From Protoeuglena noctilucae (taxonomy: Eukaryota): 64,000 nt of DNA. The stretch's first letter is position 1, and the number at the start of each line of letters is the position of its first letter. The stretch is from contig OY253674.1 of NCBI GenBank assembly GCA_958009085.1, positions 558,001 through 622,000 of the forward strand. Direction: 5' to 3'. The translations under genes and the position numbers were made by a program. The notes beneath the pieces were generated by a model. It searched no databases, was not told the DNA's origin, and saw nothing but the letters and a program-made list of their open reading frames with translations. Shown here one piece after another: positions 28,101 through 39,600 of this stretch.

Positions 28101-28123
28101 CCGATCGGCGAGTTGCGCGCCAC
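22164..28123 (-). CDS. Large multi-exon unknown protein (disordered N-terminus, helical/coiled-coil domains)
   Basis: A chain of minus-strand ORF segments is linked by splice sites. The junctions from 24100 to the stop at 22164 were checked in frame. Some 5' junctions (about 27145-26830 and about 24500) are unresolved, so this could be two genes. Confidence 0.55.
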
Positions 28124-28661
28124 AATGCCGCAACATGCGGGGACTGGCTGGAGAGAGGGCGCGCAGGGCTCATCTTCCAGCGGTCAAGGCGTGCGACAAC
28201 AGGACAAATGCACATCTAGCTTTTCGGCTCCCACCTGGGCTCGGATGGGACTCCGTTGGGGTTCTGCCAGCCCGGACGTTGCGCTTGTCGACGGGGCTCA
28301 GACCCGTCCCGCTGCTGGAGCATCGCCGGCGGTGGGGGAGGCACTGCCCCGTAGCCGAGGCCTGGAGACCGACTAGACATCTCGTCAGCGTGAACGTGGG
28401 CCCCTCACCCCGCAGGAATGCAAGCGCTCAAACCTGCATGGCCTGCCACCCCACGATCCCTGGTCGCCAGCTACGCGGCACCGCCTCTCACGCTCTATTC
28501 CGTTAAGGAGTGCGCAGGTCGCTTCCTCCATGGACGTGGCGGACGCTCCCTTCCCTTGTGCCAGTGACACCCCGTCCGACCAGCGTTCTATCTCCGCGGG
28601 GGGCCGCAGAGCGTCCAGTCCCTTGCCCCATAGCTCATCTCCACAAGCGACATCGGAAACC

Positions 28662-31285
28662 ATGCAGGCGGTCACCATCAGCGCAGCGGCCACGGCCGGC
28701 GCGGCTCCGGCCCGCCGGGCAGGCGCGAGGAGGGTGGCGACGAAGGTCCACGCCGTCGCGAAGGCCAAGCTTAACACCAAGAGGTCCGAGGAGGTGCGTC
28801 GCTCTGCCCCATCGGCCCCAGCCGGGCAACGCGCGACCGATATCCACGGAACGGGCGTTGGGGGCCATTTGCGCTGCGCTTGCGCGTTTATTTGGATCAC
28901 CGCATTGTCATCCATCATAATGAAACCATCACGCACGCTCTCCCGGCGCGACGCTGCCAGATCGGCTTGCTCATGCGCGCTCGGGTTGGGGTGGCTAAGG
29001 CGTCGCTCGGCACCATCGAGGAGACCCGAGGCGGCCACCTGACCATCCACGCCGCTTTTTCCCATCTATAGCTGCCATCACGTCGCGATATAGGCTGGGG
29101 CATGCACGGGGCCGGCAGGGAACGCGGTTCCCAGCGCACCCGCTTTCGCAGATCTTCAAGGAGGCGCAGGAGCTCCTCCCCGGCGGCGTCAACTCGCCCG
29201 TCCGCGCCTTCAAGTCCGTTGGCGGCCAGCCGATCGTGTTTGAGCGCGTCAAGGGGGCGTACTGCTATGACGTGGATGGGAACAAGTACATCGACTACGT
29301 CGGCTCCTGGGGTGAGGCGCGACGCGCGTTTTCGAGGAAACTAGCCACCTTGTCATTGCGAGGGATAGTGTGCTCGCTGTCCGGTCCCCTTCCAGCGCGT
29401 GAGACCACCGGGCGCCCCTCGACGCAGGCCCTGCCATCGTCGGGCACGCCAACGACGAGGTGAACGACGCCCTCAAGGCCCAGATCGACAAGGGGACGTC
29501 CTTCGGCGCCCCCTGCGAGCTCGAGAACGAGCTCGCCAAGATGGTCATCGACCGCGTGCCCAGCGTCGAGATGGTGCGCTTCTGCTCGTCCGGCACGGAG
29601 GCGTGCCTCTCGGTCCTCCGCCTCATGCGCGCCTTCACCAAGCGCGAGAAGGTCCTCAAGTTCGTCGGGTGCTACCACGGTCACGCCGACTCCTTCCTCG
29701 TCTCGGCTGGCTCGGGTGTCCTCACCCTCGGCCTCCCGGACTCCCCCGGTGTCCCCGCCAACGTCGCCGCCGCCACCCTCACCGCGACCTACAACGACCT
29801 CGAGTCCGGTGAGGGAGCATCCCGCCGGCGACGACGGGATGCCATTGCCTTTACAGCCGCGGAAGGGCCCGCTTGTGTGCGAGCGGGTGGGCCAACAGCC
29901 ACACCCACACCTCGCCTCCCGCCCCTCGACCTGCTTGGAAGGAGCCAACACTCAGCCAGCTGCAACGGCACGCCAAAGCATCATGCGGCCCTTTGTCATT
30001 GCAGTTAAGAAGATCTTTGAGGCGAACAAGAACCAGATCGCGGGCGTCATCCTGGAGCCCGTGGTCGGCAACTCGGGCTTCATCCCCCCGACCAAGGAGT
30101 TCCTGGAGGGCCTGCGCGAGATCACCAAGAAGGAGGGGGCGCTCCTGTGCTTCGACGAGGTGAGGGAATGTGCTTCGGCAAGAGGTGGCGTGGTGGGCTA
30201 GTTGGGAGGGGTGTCCTTGACTCTACTGCACCCTGCTCCGCGCATCATGCAAGTATCGGCACTCCGCCGCTGACTCTGTCGAGCGTTCCTGGTTACTCGG
30301 CTTCCGCCGTTGCCTGCGCTTGCAATCCCTGAACCAGCGCCCGTCCTGCCACACCCTTGCAGGTGATGACGGGCTTCCGTGTGGCCAAGGGTGGGGCCCA
30401 GGACTACTTCGGCGTGACCCCCGACCTGACGACGATGGGCAAGGTCATCGGTGGTGGTATGCCGGTGGGCGCGTACGGTGGCCGCAAGGACATCATGCTC
30501 ACGGTGGCGCCCGCGGGGCCCATGTACCAGGCGAGTAAAGCAGGCTTCAATGTCCAGGCCTACATGTGGCGCCTGTGTCACGGAGCGACATGGGTGCTGA
30601 TGAAGCACCGACGGTCCCCTTGGCTGCGCTCTTCACTTCGTCACCCTCGTGTGGCCATGCCTGCGCCCACCGCCCCATCCCCTCGCAACCAGACCGATGC
30701 TGCGGCTGTCCCTGTGCAGGCGGGCACCCTGTCGGGCAACCCCCTGGCGATGGTGGCGGGGATCAAGACACTGGAGATTCTGGCGCGGCCGGGTGCGTAC
30801 GAGTACCTGGACAAGATGACGGGCAAGCTCATCAATGGGATCGTCAAGGCTGGCAAGGACGCGGGCCACGCCATCACGGGGGGGCACATCAACGGCATGT
30901 TCGGCTTCTTCTTCATGGTGAGAAGCACAGCATCGAGTGGCGCTGGAGAGAGTGGCCGCTGACAGCGGGGTTGTGAGGGTGCTGATGGCGTCGAGCTGCG
31001 ACGGGTGGCACCCACACACACGTATGCACGCACGCACGCACCCATGCACCGGCACACACGCACTCATGCACGCACCCGCTTGCGCAGAACGGCCCTGTGA
31101 ACTGCTTCGAGGACGCCAAGAAGTCGGACACGGCCAAGTTCGGGCGGTTCCACCGGGCGATGCTGGAGCGGGGGGTGTACCTGGCGCCCTCGCAGTTCGA
31201 GGCGGGGTTCACGTCTCTGGCCCACACCGAGGCCGACATCGATGCCACCATCAAGGCCGCCAAGGAGGCCTTCGCTGCCATCTGA
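28662..31285 (+). CDS. GSA: Glutamate-1-semialdehyde 2,1-aminomutase, plastid
   Basis: Transit peptide [93 protein letters not shown] and PSQFEAGF. Confidence 0.97.
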
Positions 31286-31319
31286 GACGACTGTTTGCAT
31301 GGATTTCTACTAGCTTGCT

Positions 31320-31324
31320 TGTAA
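31320..31324 (+). promoter_or_regulatory. Possible TGTAA polyadenylation signal of GSA
   Basis: TGTAA lies 35 nt after the GSA stop. This is the known chlorophyte poly(A) signal, but it was not seen consistently behind other genes here. Confidence 0.3.
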
Positions 31325-31796
31325 GCGGACCCTCTGCTGGGTGGCGCGGGGCGCCGCTAGCGCCACAGGGTGTCGCCCCGCTGGGGTGGGACTGCACGAC
31401 GTGTCCCCTGCCCAGGCCAGCGCCGTGATCCGACGGCAGCTTCCGGGGTGTTTCAATTCACAAAAGAGAATGGAAGAAACGAGCGCCACACCGTGGCTTG
31501 CAGCAAGAATGGCTGGCCCGCTCCACGGTGCAACATTGCAGCTCTTAGGGGGTGACCTGGATGGCGAGATGGACGGGCGAAGGGGGCGCAGAGACAAAGA
31601 GTGCCGGGGGACCAGCCCTGAAGAGCAGGAACTCAGAGCAGAGCAACCAACAAGCCCAAACAGGAGGGCGGGGCATCAATGGGGTGCGCCAGATGCCCTG
31701 GTGTGCTCTCCAAAGCACCCCCCCGAGCGACGCGTGACGGACGCAAAGCAGCAGAGACGTCCCGCGGGCGCCGAGGACCGCAGCAGCTCACCGCAG

Positions 31797-34594
31797 CTAC
31801 TGCCCCGCCTGCTGCGCTTGCCCCTGCGTCTGCAGCTGCTGCTGCTGTACGCGCTGCTGCTGGATCTGGATCAGCACCGCCAGGTGCTGCTGCAGCTGGT
31901 TGAATCGGTGGACGTACACGGCGTTCTGCTGGTGCAGCTGCTGCTGCTGCTGGGGGGTCAGGCCCGAACCACCGCCCTGGATCTGCGCGGAGGAGGGCGC
32001 ACGAGGTGAATGGGGCCGTTAGAGCGCCGAAATGTCAATGCATACTATCCCAGAGAAAGCGGCGCCGACGCAGGCATTGAGGGCGGGCATGCGCACAGGC
32101 AGAGTAAGTCGCGCACCGCTCCGCGTCGCACCTGCTGCTGCAGCTTGAGGAAGAAGCCGTGCAGCTGCTGCCGTTGCATGTTGTACTGATGGATGAGCAT
32201 GGTCAGCTGCTGCAGGGGCATTTGCTGCACCTGCTGCATCGTCAGCTGCTGCTGAGGCTGCTGCGCCTGCATCTGCGCCATTGGCGCGGCGGGGGCAGCG
32301 GCACGCGCCGCGGGCGCGGCAGCCGCGACCGGCCGGCCCGCCACATGCGCCTGGGGGGCTGCAGCGGCCGCCGAGGTCGGGACGTGGCCCGGTGCGGGTG
32401 CCTGCCCCCCCTTGGGCCCCTCCTGCTCTGCGCGCTGGTGATCCCGGTGCTTCTCCACGCTCTTCTGCCAAATCGCGCCCTGGTGGGCGACCATCCGGTG
32501 CATGACACGTAGCCGCGCCCGCCCCGTGAGGTTGCGCGCGAACCGCGCCATGCTCCGGNNNNNNNNNNNNNNNNNNNNNNNNNNNNNNNNNNNNNNNNNN
32601 NNNNNNNNNNNNNNNNNNNNNNNNNNNNNNNNNNNNNNNNNNNNNNNNNNNNNNNNNNNNNNNNNNNNNNNNNNNNNNNNNNNNNNNNNNNNNNNNNNNN
32701 NNNNNNNNNNNNNNNNNNNNNNNNNNNNNNNNNNNNNNNNNNNNNNNNNNNNNNNNNNCCCCACGGTCTGCAGATCCATCGGCTCCTTGATGATGGTCGA
32801 GTACCCGGGGGCGACGTCGTCCGTCACGGGGCGGGCAAAAACGCCGTTCGGGTCCTGGGAGAGGCGCGGCAGGGGCTGTGCGGTTAGCACCGAGCGCAGC
32901 GGCGCTTCTGCGATGCCCCGGCGTGCGCATGCCAGCGGCGCGCTACAGGTCCTCCGAGCCCCGTGCGCCGAGCGTGCACCCGACTGCACCCACTCCCGCC
33001 TCACCTTCTTGCGGATGCGTTCCAAGAGGTCCTTGAGCACCATGCGCGTGGCGGGCTCCTCCGGGCCCTCGTAAGGCGGCGGCGGGGAGGGCAGGCGGGG
33101 CGGCGCTGGGGGTCCGGCGGGGACGGCGGCCGTGGGCGCGGGCGGGCGCGCGGGCCGGGGGCGGGGTGATGGGGAGGGCGACGAGGATGGGAAGGATTCG
33201 TCTGAGTCGAGGTCCACGAAGACGCGACGGCGGACGGCGCGGCGCGAGCGCACCGGTGAGGGGTCCACGGAGCTGAAGGGGTGGACCCCCGCGCCGCCGG
33301 AGGGTCCGCGGCGGGGCGCCCTGCCTCCCGGGGCCTTGCGGTTCTGCCCCAGGGGCAGAGCGCCGATGGGAGGGAGCTTCGGCCCCGCGAGGAGGGCGTT
33401 GCCGAGGCCACCCAGCGACAGCTTGAGCTTGGGCATGGCGAGCTTGGGCATGGCCAGCTTTGGCATGGCGGGCTTGGGAGGATGCTGGGAGGTCGCGGGC
33501 GCGATGCCGCCCATACCCGTCGACGCCTGCGGGAGCGCGGGACAGCGATGACTCATGGCACGGGGGGTGAGAGGGCTGCGCGGGTTCGTGGGGTGCACTG
33601 CATTGCAGCTTGCCTTGAAGCTGGCAGGGAGATTGAGCTCGATCTTGCTTGACAGGGCAGGGATGCCAGGCGCACGGATTTGCTGCGGTGGCAGACCTGC
33701 CGCGATCTTGGGCCGCTTGATGCTTAACGGAGGGATGCCCCCGTCGCCCAGCGCCACGTATCCCGGGCGCTTCCTGCGACACGCACACCGAGACTCGGTG
33801 ACGGCGCGGACACGCGACACGTGGCGCGTGAGCCAGCCCAGCGGCATCGCCGGCAAACCGTGCAAGGGAGTCACCTGGGGCGCGGTGCGTTGCCAGAGGG
33901 TGGGGGCCGCGGCTTGCGGATGCCGCCCGTCGGCGCAGGCCTGCCGCCCAGCCGGAACGACCCCGCGCCTGCGAGGCCTGCAGCGCTGCCCGGCGCGACC
34001 TTGGACAGGCCGCTGATCTTGATAGTCGATGGAATTCGAACCCCTGGTGCCCCCGACGGTGGCGGAGGGGTCCATGCGGTCCCCGAAGGCCCCGCCGACG
34101 GCGCCGAATCCCTTGCCGGTGCAATCCCGGAGCCAAGCTTGACCTTGAGCTTGGGCGCCGGTGCTGGAGCGCTCGGCCCCGGCCCTTCCGCAGGCGTGGG
34201 CGCGGGCCCCACCCGCCCCTCGTCCTCCGCGTCCTTCTTCGGCGCGACGTTCACCAGCTTGAGCTTCTTGACACCCAAACTGGCCGAGGGAGGCGGCGCC
34301 GCGGGTGCCTCGGGCGGATCCGCGGGCACCTGCGCGGGCAGACGACAGGAAGTGGCGCTGGGGCGGGTACCACCCAGCCAGCGCGTCCCCAGGGGTCAGG
34401 AAGGAGTTCGCGCGATCGCTGTGACCAAATCGCACTTCGACCACGCGTCGCACGTGCCCCCGTGCTTGGAGGGAGGCGTCTAGCGCAGGGCGACGCGGTC
34501 TGCGCTCGCAGGGCGCCTCCGTACGGTCGCGGCGCACCTTCTCGTCGTCGCCTGCCTTCATCGGCACTTTGAGCTTAATCTTGAGCCCGAGCAT
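31797..34594 (-). CDS. Bromodomain protein (BRD7/9-like domain) with Gln-rich C-terminus; spans the assembly gap
   Basis: LKDLLERIRKK|DPNGVFARPVTDDVAPGYSTIIKEPMDLQTV, then the N-gap, then Q-rich exons ending QAGQ* at 31797. Confidence 0.85.
32559..32758. other. Assembly gap (200 N)
   Basis: Run of N inside the bromodomain coding region. Confidence 1.
33426..33470 (-). repeat. Three-copy 15-bp coding tandem repeat (AMPKL x3)
   Basis: agcttgggcatggcg / agcttgggcatggcc / agctttggcatggcg. Confidence 0.85.
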
Positions 34595-35540
34595 GGTCCT
34601 CGACCTCAGAGGGGCCGGCCGGGAGCCGGGGCGGGGCAGCGGAGCACACGCGCACGCCCTCGGCCGCCAGCGCAGCTCAGCTGGCCCCGAGGAGCACGGC
34701 TACGCAAATCATCCACCCTCCCCTTGCGGCCAGGGAATTGGCCGGGGAAGGGGCCCCTCCGGGGCGCGAGGAGGCACGCTCTGCCGCGACAAGCCCGCTC
34801 TGCCTGCGCCGTGCCGGAGCCTTGATTATTTGGAAGAATTACCCGGCTCTCGCACCAGACGGATTGGAGCGGGTGGAACAGCGATCGAGGAACTCAAGGC
34901 CAGCCCTCGACAGCTGGGCGACGAGTATTCGCGTTCCACAGACGCAGAAGGAGGGGGGCAAGTCAGGGCGGGGAGTGGGCGGGGACACGCGCGCTCGCCC
35001 AGACCCAGCTGTGCGCTTTCTGGCGACGCGCGGGCCAAAAGTTGGACGGGGCCAGTGCATTCACGGCGTCGATGGGGAGCATGCAGTGGTTATCGGAAGT
35101 AGTTGATGGGGGGGCGAGGGCGGGCGTTGGATCCAAGATTTGGAGCATTGCTCCCCCGTCACGTTCGTGCTGATTAGCACAAAATCGCATCGCTGCAGGG
35201 GGCCTCACAGCAACGTCCGTAGTCGCGGGCAGTTGGGGAACACGCACGGGTTCGCAGGCCAGCAGGCTGGGAGTGGGGAGCCCGGCGTGGCGTGGATGGG
35301 GCGTCGTCAAAACCCCCGCAGCCCTACCCTGAATTCCCCACTGCTGTCTCTCCGCCGACCCTGCGTTATGCTGTTCACAGATCGCACATTGCAAGGGCAA
35401 AAGAGTGCTGCAGGCTGGGACACAAGCTTGGCTGACCGCAGCCAAGACTTTTCTTGGCTAAAGGGCTATGTACGGGGGTGATTGGGTGGGGTGATGGGTG
35501 AATGCCGCACGGCATGCTGCGAGTGCCACATCCTATCCTG

Positions 35541-36271
35541 CTAGACAAACAGATAGCGCAAGCCGTTACGCATCCTGCGAGGCCTCCTCTTTGCACCCCT
35601 CCTCAATTGCGCCTGGATGCTCTTTGGAAGAGACGTGTTGGGAGTGACACGTCCAGCGGCAAACAGCAGCCACGCCCTCCAGCTGTAGCTAGCGCGGAAC
35701 TCGCCTTGTCCAGCGGAAGCCCGGGCTTGCTCGGCCAACGCGCCCGACGCCGGCGTTGGCAGGTGCTTGAGGATCCCCCGGTCGGCATGCTTGTCATCCA
35801 ACGCAAGCTGGCTTGCGCTCTCGCGAAGGCTTCGCATGGACGACTCTGCGTCGGAGCCAGGCAGCTCGCTTACGGTGTCCTCGTGCTCCCGGTCCTCCTC
35901 CACGAGCGCGTCTTTGAGCCGCGATGACGACTTCCCCGGAGTCATCGCGCACACGGCACGCCCTGGGATGAGGTTAAGGCACAAGACGTCCATCGGCGAA
36001 GTGAAGGCCGCTGGGCGCTGGCTGACAGCGACGAGATGCGCCCAGATGCTTATTGCGCAATTGCGATCGACGCACCGAGGTCGCCGGGCGGCGGAGTCAG
36101 CCGCCGAAGCGATCTCGCCGTCGGAGAGTGTACTGAGGAAGAAGCGTTGCCTCCCTCCTCCTCAGGAATGCTCGCAGGGCCGGCGACCGGCTGAAGCCAT
36201 CGCGCGCTCTCAGCGAGCGCGCCCGGGGGCGGCGTTGCACGCTTGACTACCTGGGCCTCGCCGCCATCCAT
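35541..36271 (-). CDS. Hypothetical protein (3' end uncertain)
   Basis: The MDGGEAQVVKRATPPP exon splices (G|gtgcgt...cccag|GG, phase 1) into the acidic ORF ...KDALVEEDREHEDTVSELPGSD. An upstream GTAAG donor at about 36578 suggests a 5'UTR intron. No recognisable domain. Confidence 0.35.
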
Positions 36272-36664
36272 CGTTGAAACGAGGCTCGTGTGCAGCTCGC
36301 TTGCAGGCTCGCAAGGGCGGGGCGAAAACACTGAACGAGCGACCCACGAGACAGCAAAATTGATCCACGCGATGCCGCTGCCTCTGCAATGAACATGCAG
36401 TCGGGATACGCAGTGACCACATGATTTGGGCTCACGCGTCACGCCGTTTCGTGCTTGGGCACCGCTTCCTGACGCGGGGGCAGCCCCAGGCCCCAGGAGG
36501 GCGGGAGATGTCAAGAGCGCTCCAACCACTCGCGTGCTCGAGTCAGAGACCGGAACCATCACGCGCGACTTGCCTTACCTGTCAAAGCTCTCCACGATGG
36601 CGATGTGCCCCGTTCGTGGAGCTTCCAGCAAAAGTCGAGCCTTTTGCGATTGAACGAGACGGGG

Positions 36665-39600
36665 ATGGCCGCGACCGGCGAGCGAAAGGTGATGATACCT
36701 GGCTTTTGCTGCCGTAAGCCTGAAGGGCGTCCCGCATCGTGGCTTTTGTGACGAGACCGCGGGTGCCTGAGTTAACTTCCTGACTTAACCCGCGTGGAGA
36801 GCTCTCCTTCGCAGCTCGCCGAATTCAGGCGTGCCAAGGAGGAGCAGGCGCAGCTGTTGGCGCGGCACGTTCCCGGAGGGGCTCCTCGCGGCAGGACTGC
36901 TGTGCTCCTCGGTGCCTGCGCTGCGCTGGGTCTGCTTCGTCTGGTGTTGATGCGCTGGCCCGTTGTTCAGGGGCGCACGGAGATATGTTGAGCATAATTG
37001 GGCATTCTCTCCTCGCAGATGACTCGAGCGATGAGGAGGCCGACGGCAATGCCCATGGCTCAGCACGCGCGTCCGCCTCCACCGGCCAATCCTCGCGAGA
37101 GAAGGCCTTAGCGTACCTGGCCATGAAAGCGGACGAGGTAGGCGGTCCTTATCATGGGGACACGACGCCGAGGAAGAACTTAAGCAGGAGAGGCGGGGGC
37201 AGAGAAGTGCGCGTGGACCAGGACGCGCTGATGCAGATGATTGGGCAGCAGCTGTCGGGACGGAGCGCAGAGGGGTGAGAGCAGGGCCACTGCATCGATG
37301 AGACGAGTGCCTCTCGTCCCGCGCATGCGTTACGGTGGTCTACGCGCTCAGCGATTACCCCACCTGGGTGCGCATGCAGGCATCTTCCGACGGCGTCCGA
37401 GGTCGACGGCGCGTCTCCCACGGAGCGCGCGACGCGGGAGCTCGCGGCAGCCATCGCCGCCTCCGTCGCCAATGACCACCTGGCGTCCCTTCGACGGCGC
37501 GAGGCCGCCGCTCGTGAGCTGGCGGACGGTTTCAAAGAGCGGCTCAAGGCGGCAGTCAAGAAGGGCAAGACGATCGAGGCTGAGAGAGGCGAGGGACGAT
37601 AGCGGCGGCAGCGATGCTGGTCTATCCCGCAGTGCTACCCCGGTGTCATTGCAACGCCCCGCTCGCCCGCAGACGCGCTGGCGGCGCAGCTGGGATCGTC
37701 GGCCCGGAGTCTCACCGGCCGGGAGGGCGAGGCAGGAGCCCGGTCCGCGTCGGAGGCACCCGCGGCGCCCCGGGACGCGGGCCTCGCTGGCCCCGTGCCC
37801 GAGGCGCAGCTGCGGGCCGAGTTAGAGGACATGCGGCGGCAGTACGGCGAGGTGCACGAGCTGCTGGCGACGCTGCGGCGGCACCAGGCGGAGAAGGCGG
37901 AGGCGTTTGAGGCTGTCAAGCGCGAGTCCTTGGACCTCAAGGCGAGTGCCGGCATGCGCAGCACGTTTGATGCTCTGACAAACGGATGGCGCACGGGCGC
38001 CCCTGGGACAGCCAAGTGCGCACAGCCACGGGGACGACGCTTGCGTCTCCGCCGCGGCTGAGTCCTCTGGCACTCCACGCCATGCTCGTGCATGGGGCGA
38101 TGCACCATCACTTGTGGCCTCCGCTGCGTTGCTGCAGGCGAGGGCACGGCGCGCCGTGGCGGACGCGGCGGAGCAGCGACGGCGGGCGGAGGCGGCGGAG
38201 GCGAGGCTGGCGGCCGCAGGGTCGGCATCGGCTGGGTCGGCGGAGGCGGGCGGGGCGGTGGTTCGACTCGAGGCAGAGGTGGCGGCACTTCGAGAGAGGC
38301 TCCGGCGCGCGGAACGCGAAGGCGCGGACGCGATGGCCGAGCCGGCGGCGGCGCTGCCTGCGGAGCGCACGGGGGCGACGGTGGCCGAACTCCGCGCCCA
38401 GCTCGAGGTGATGCGGGAGGCCGTGTTTCGTGCTTTGTGCCTCGCCATGGCTCGCTATGGCTCCCGTGTTTGCGTCTTCTCTGTGGGATTGGAATTTTCG
38501 AGAAGCAGTGCGCTGCTTTCGGCGAGGGTGAGGAGTTCGAATGACGCTGACCGACGTCTCTCCCTGCCCCAGGCGCGTGCGAGGGCGCTGGAGGATGCGC
38601 AACGGTCGGCAGCGGCCGCAGAGGCCCGGAGCACGCGAGCAGAGCAGAGTCTCGACCGGCTGCGGAGAGACACGGCCGCGCTGGCCGACCGCGTCGCTGA
38701 GAGGGACCGCGCTGCCTCGGCGTTGCAGGCGCGCATTGCGTCCATGGACAGAGACGCGGCGGAGAGGGACGCTGCCCTGCGACGCGCGCAGGAAGCGAGG
38801 GACGAGGTGCGCTTGTTGCTGCGGCTGTGCAGGGCTGCGTGGCTGCTCCTCGATGTCCCCACGGTGGGTCGATCATCGCGTGCGCCGACACCAGCACGCC
38901 ATCACCTGCGCAGGTCGCCCGCCAGCTCTCGCTGCGGGACCAGGAAGTCGAATCGCTGCGCACCGCGGTGGCTGAGCTCGAGTCCCGCGAACAGGCGACC
39001 CAGGCCAAGAGGCCGCGTGTGGCAGAGCCGACCCCGAGTGCGCGAAGGGTCCAGGAGCTGGAGGTCGCGCTGGCTGCTGCCGACGCGGAGCAGCGGCGTC
39101 TGCGGGAGCGAGTGCGGCGGTTGGAGTCAGAGCTGCGGACGGAGCCGCCGCGTGCCCCGACAGCGCATGGGGCATCGACCGATGGGGCCGCCTCCCCGTC
39201 CCGTGGGTCCACCTCAGGGCGCACGTGGGGCCCCGTCCTGTTTGGGGGCACCGCGGAGGTGGGCGACGGGCCGACCAGCACGCCCACCAAGCGCGGCCTC
39301 ATGGGGGCATGGCACGGCGCAGCGGGCGGCCGTGGGGCGTCGGCCCCGGGCACCCCGTCGCGTGCCGCGCCTCCGGGCGACACCGAGGTCGCCCGCCTCC
39401 TGCGCGACCTGTCCGCCATGGCCGCGAAGGAGGAGGCGCTGGTCGCCGAGTGGGAGCGCGAGCGGTCGATGAGGCTCGAGGCCCAGCGGGAGCTGGCAGA
39501 GATGCGCGACGGGGCGGGGCGGGGGGCGGTGATGCCTGCGACCCAGGCTGGGCAGAAGGGCGACTCCGGACACCAGGACGGCCCGTCGCATTCTGCCGGG

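Noticed and set aside
28794..29151. Possible C/D snoRNA in GSA intron 1 (ATAATGA ... CTGA)
   Set aside because: Box C is imperfect, there is no terminal stem and no rRNA guide could be identified.
31010..31080. (CA)/(GCAC)n simple repeats in the last GSA intron
   Set aside because: Ordinary short microsatellite; not a CRISPR or mobile element.
35375..35596. CAICL...MPCG.H RING-like motif
   Set aside because: The remaining Zn ligands are missing and the exon assignment is uncertain.
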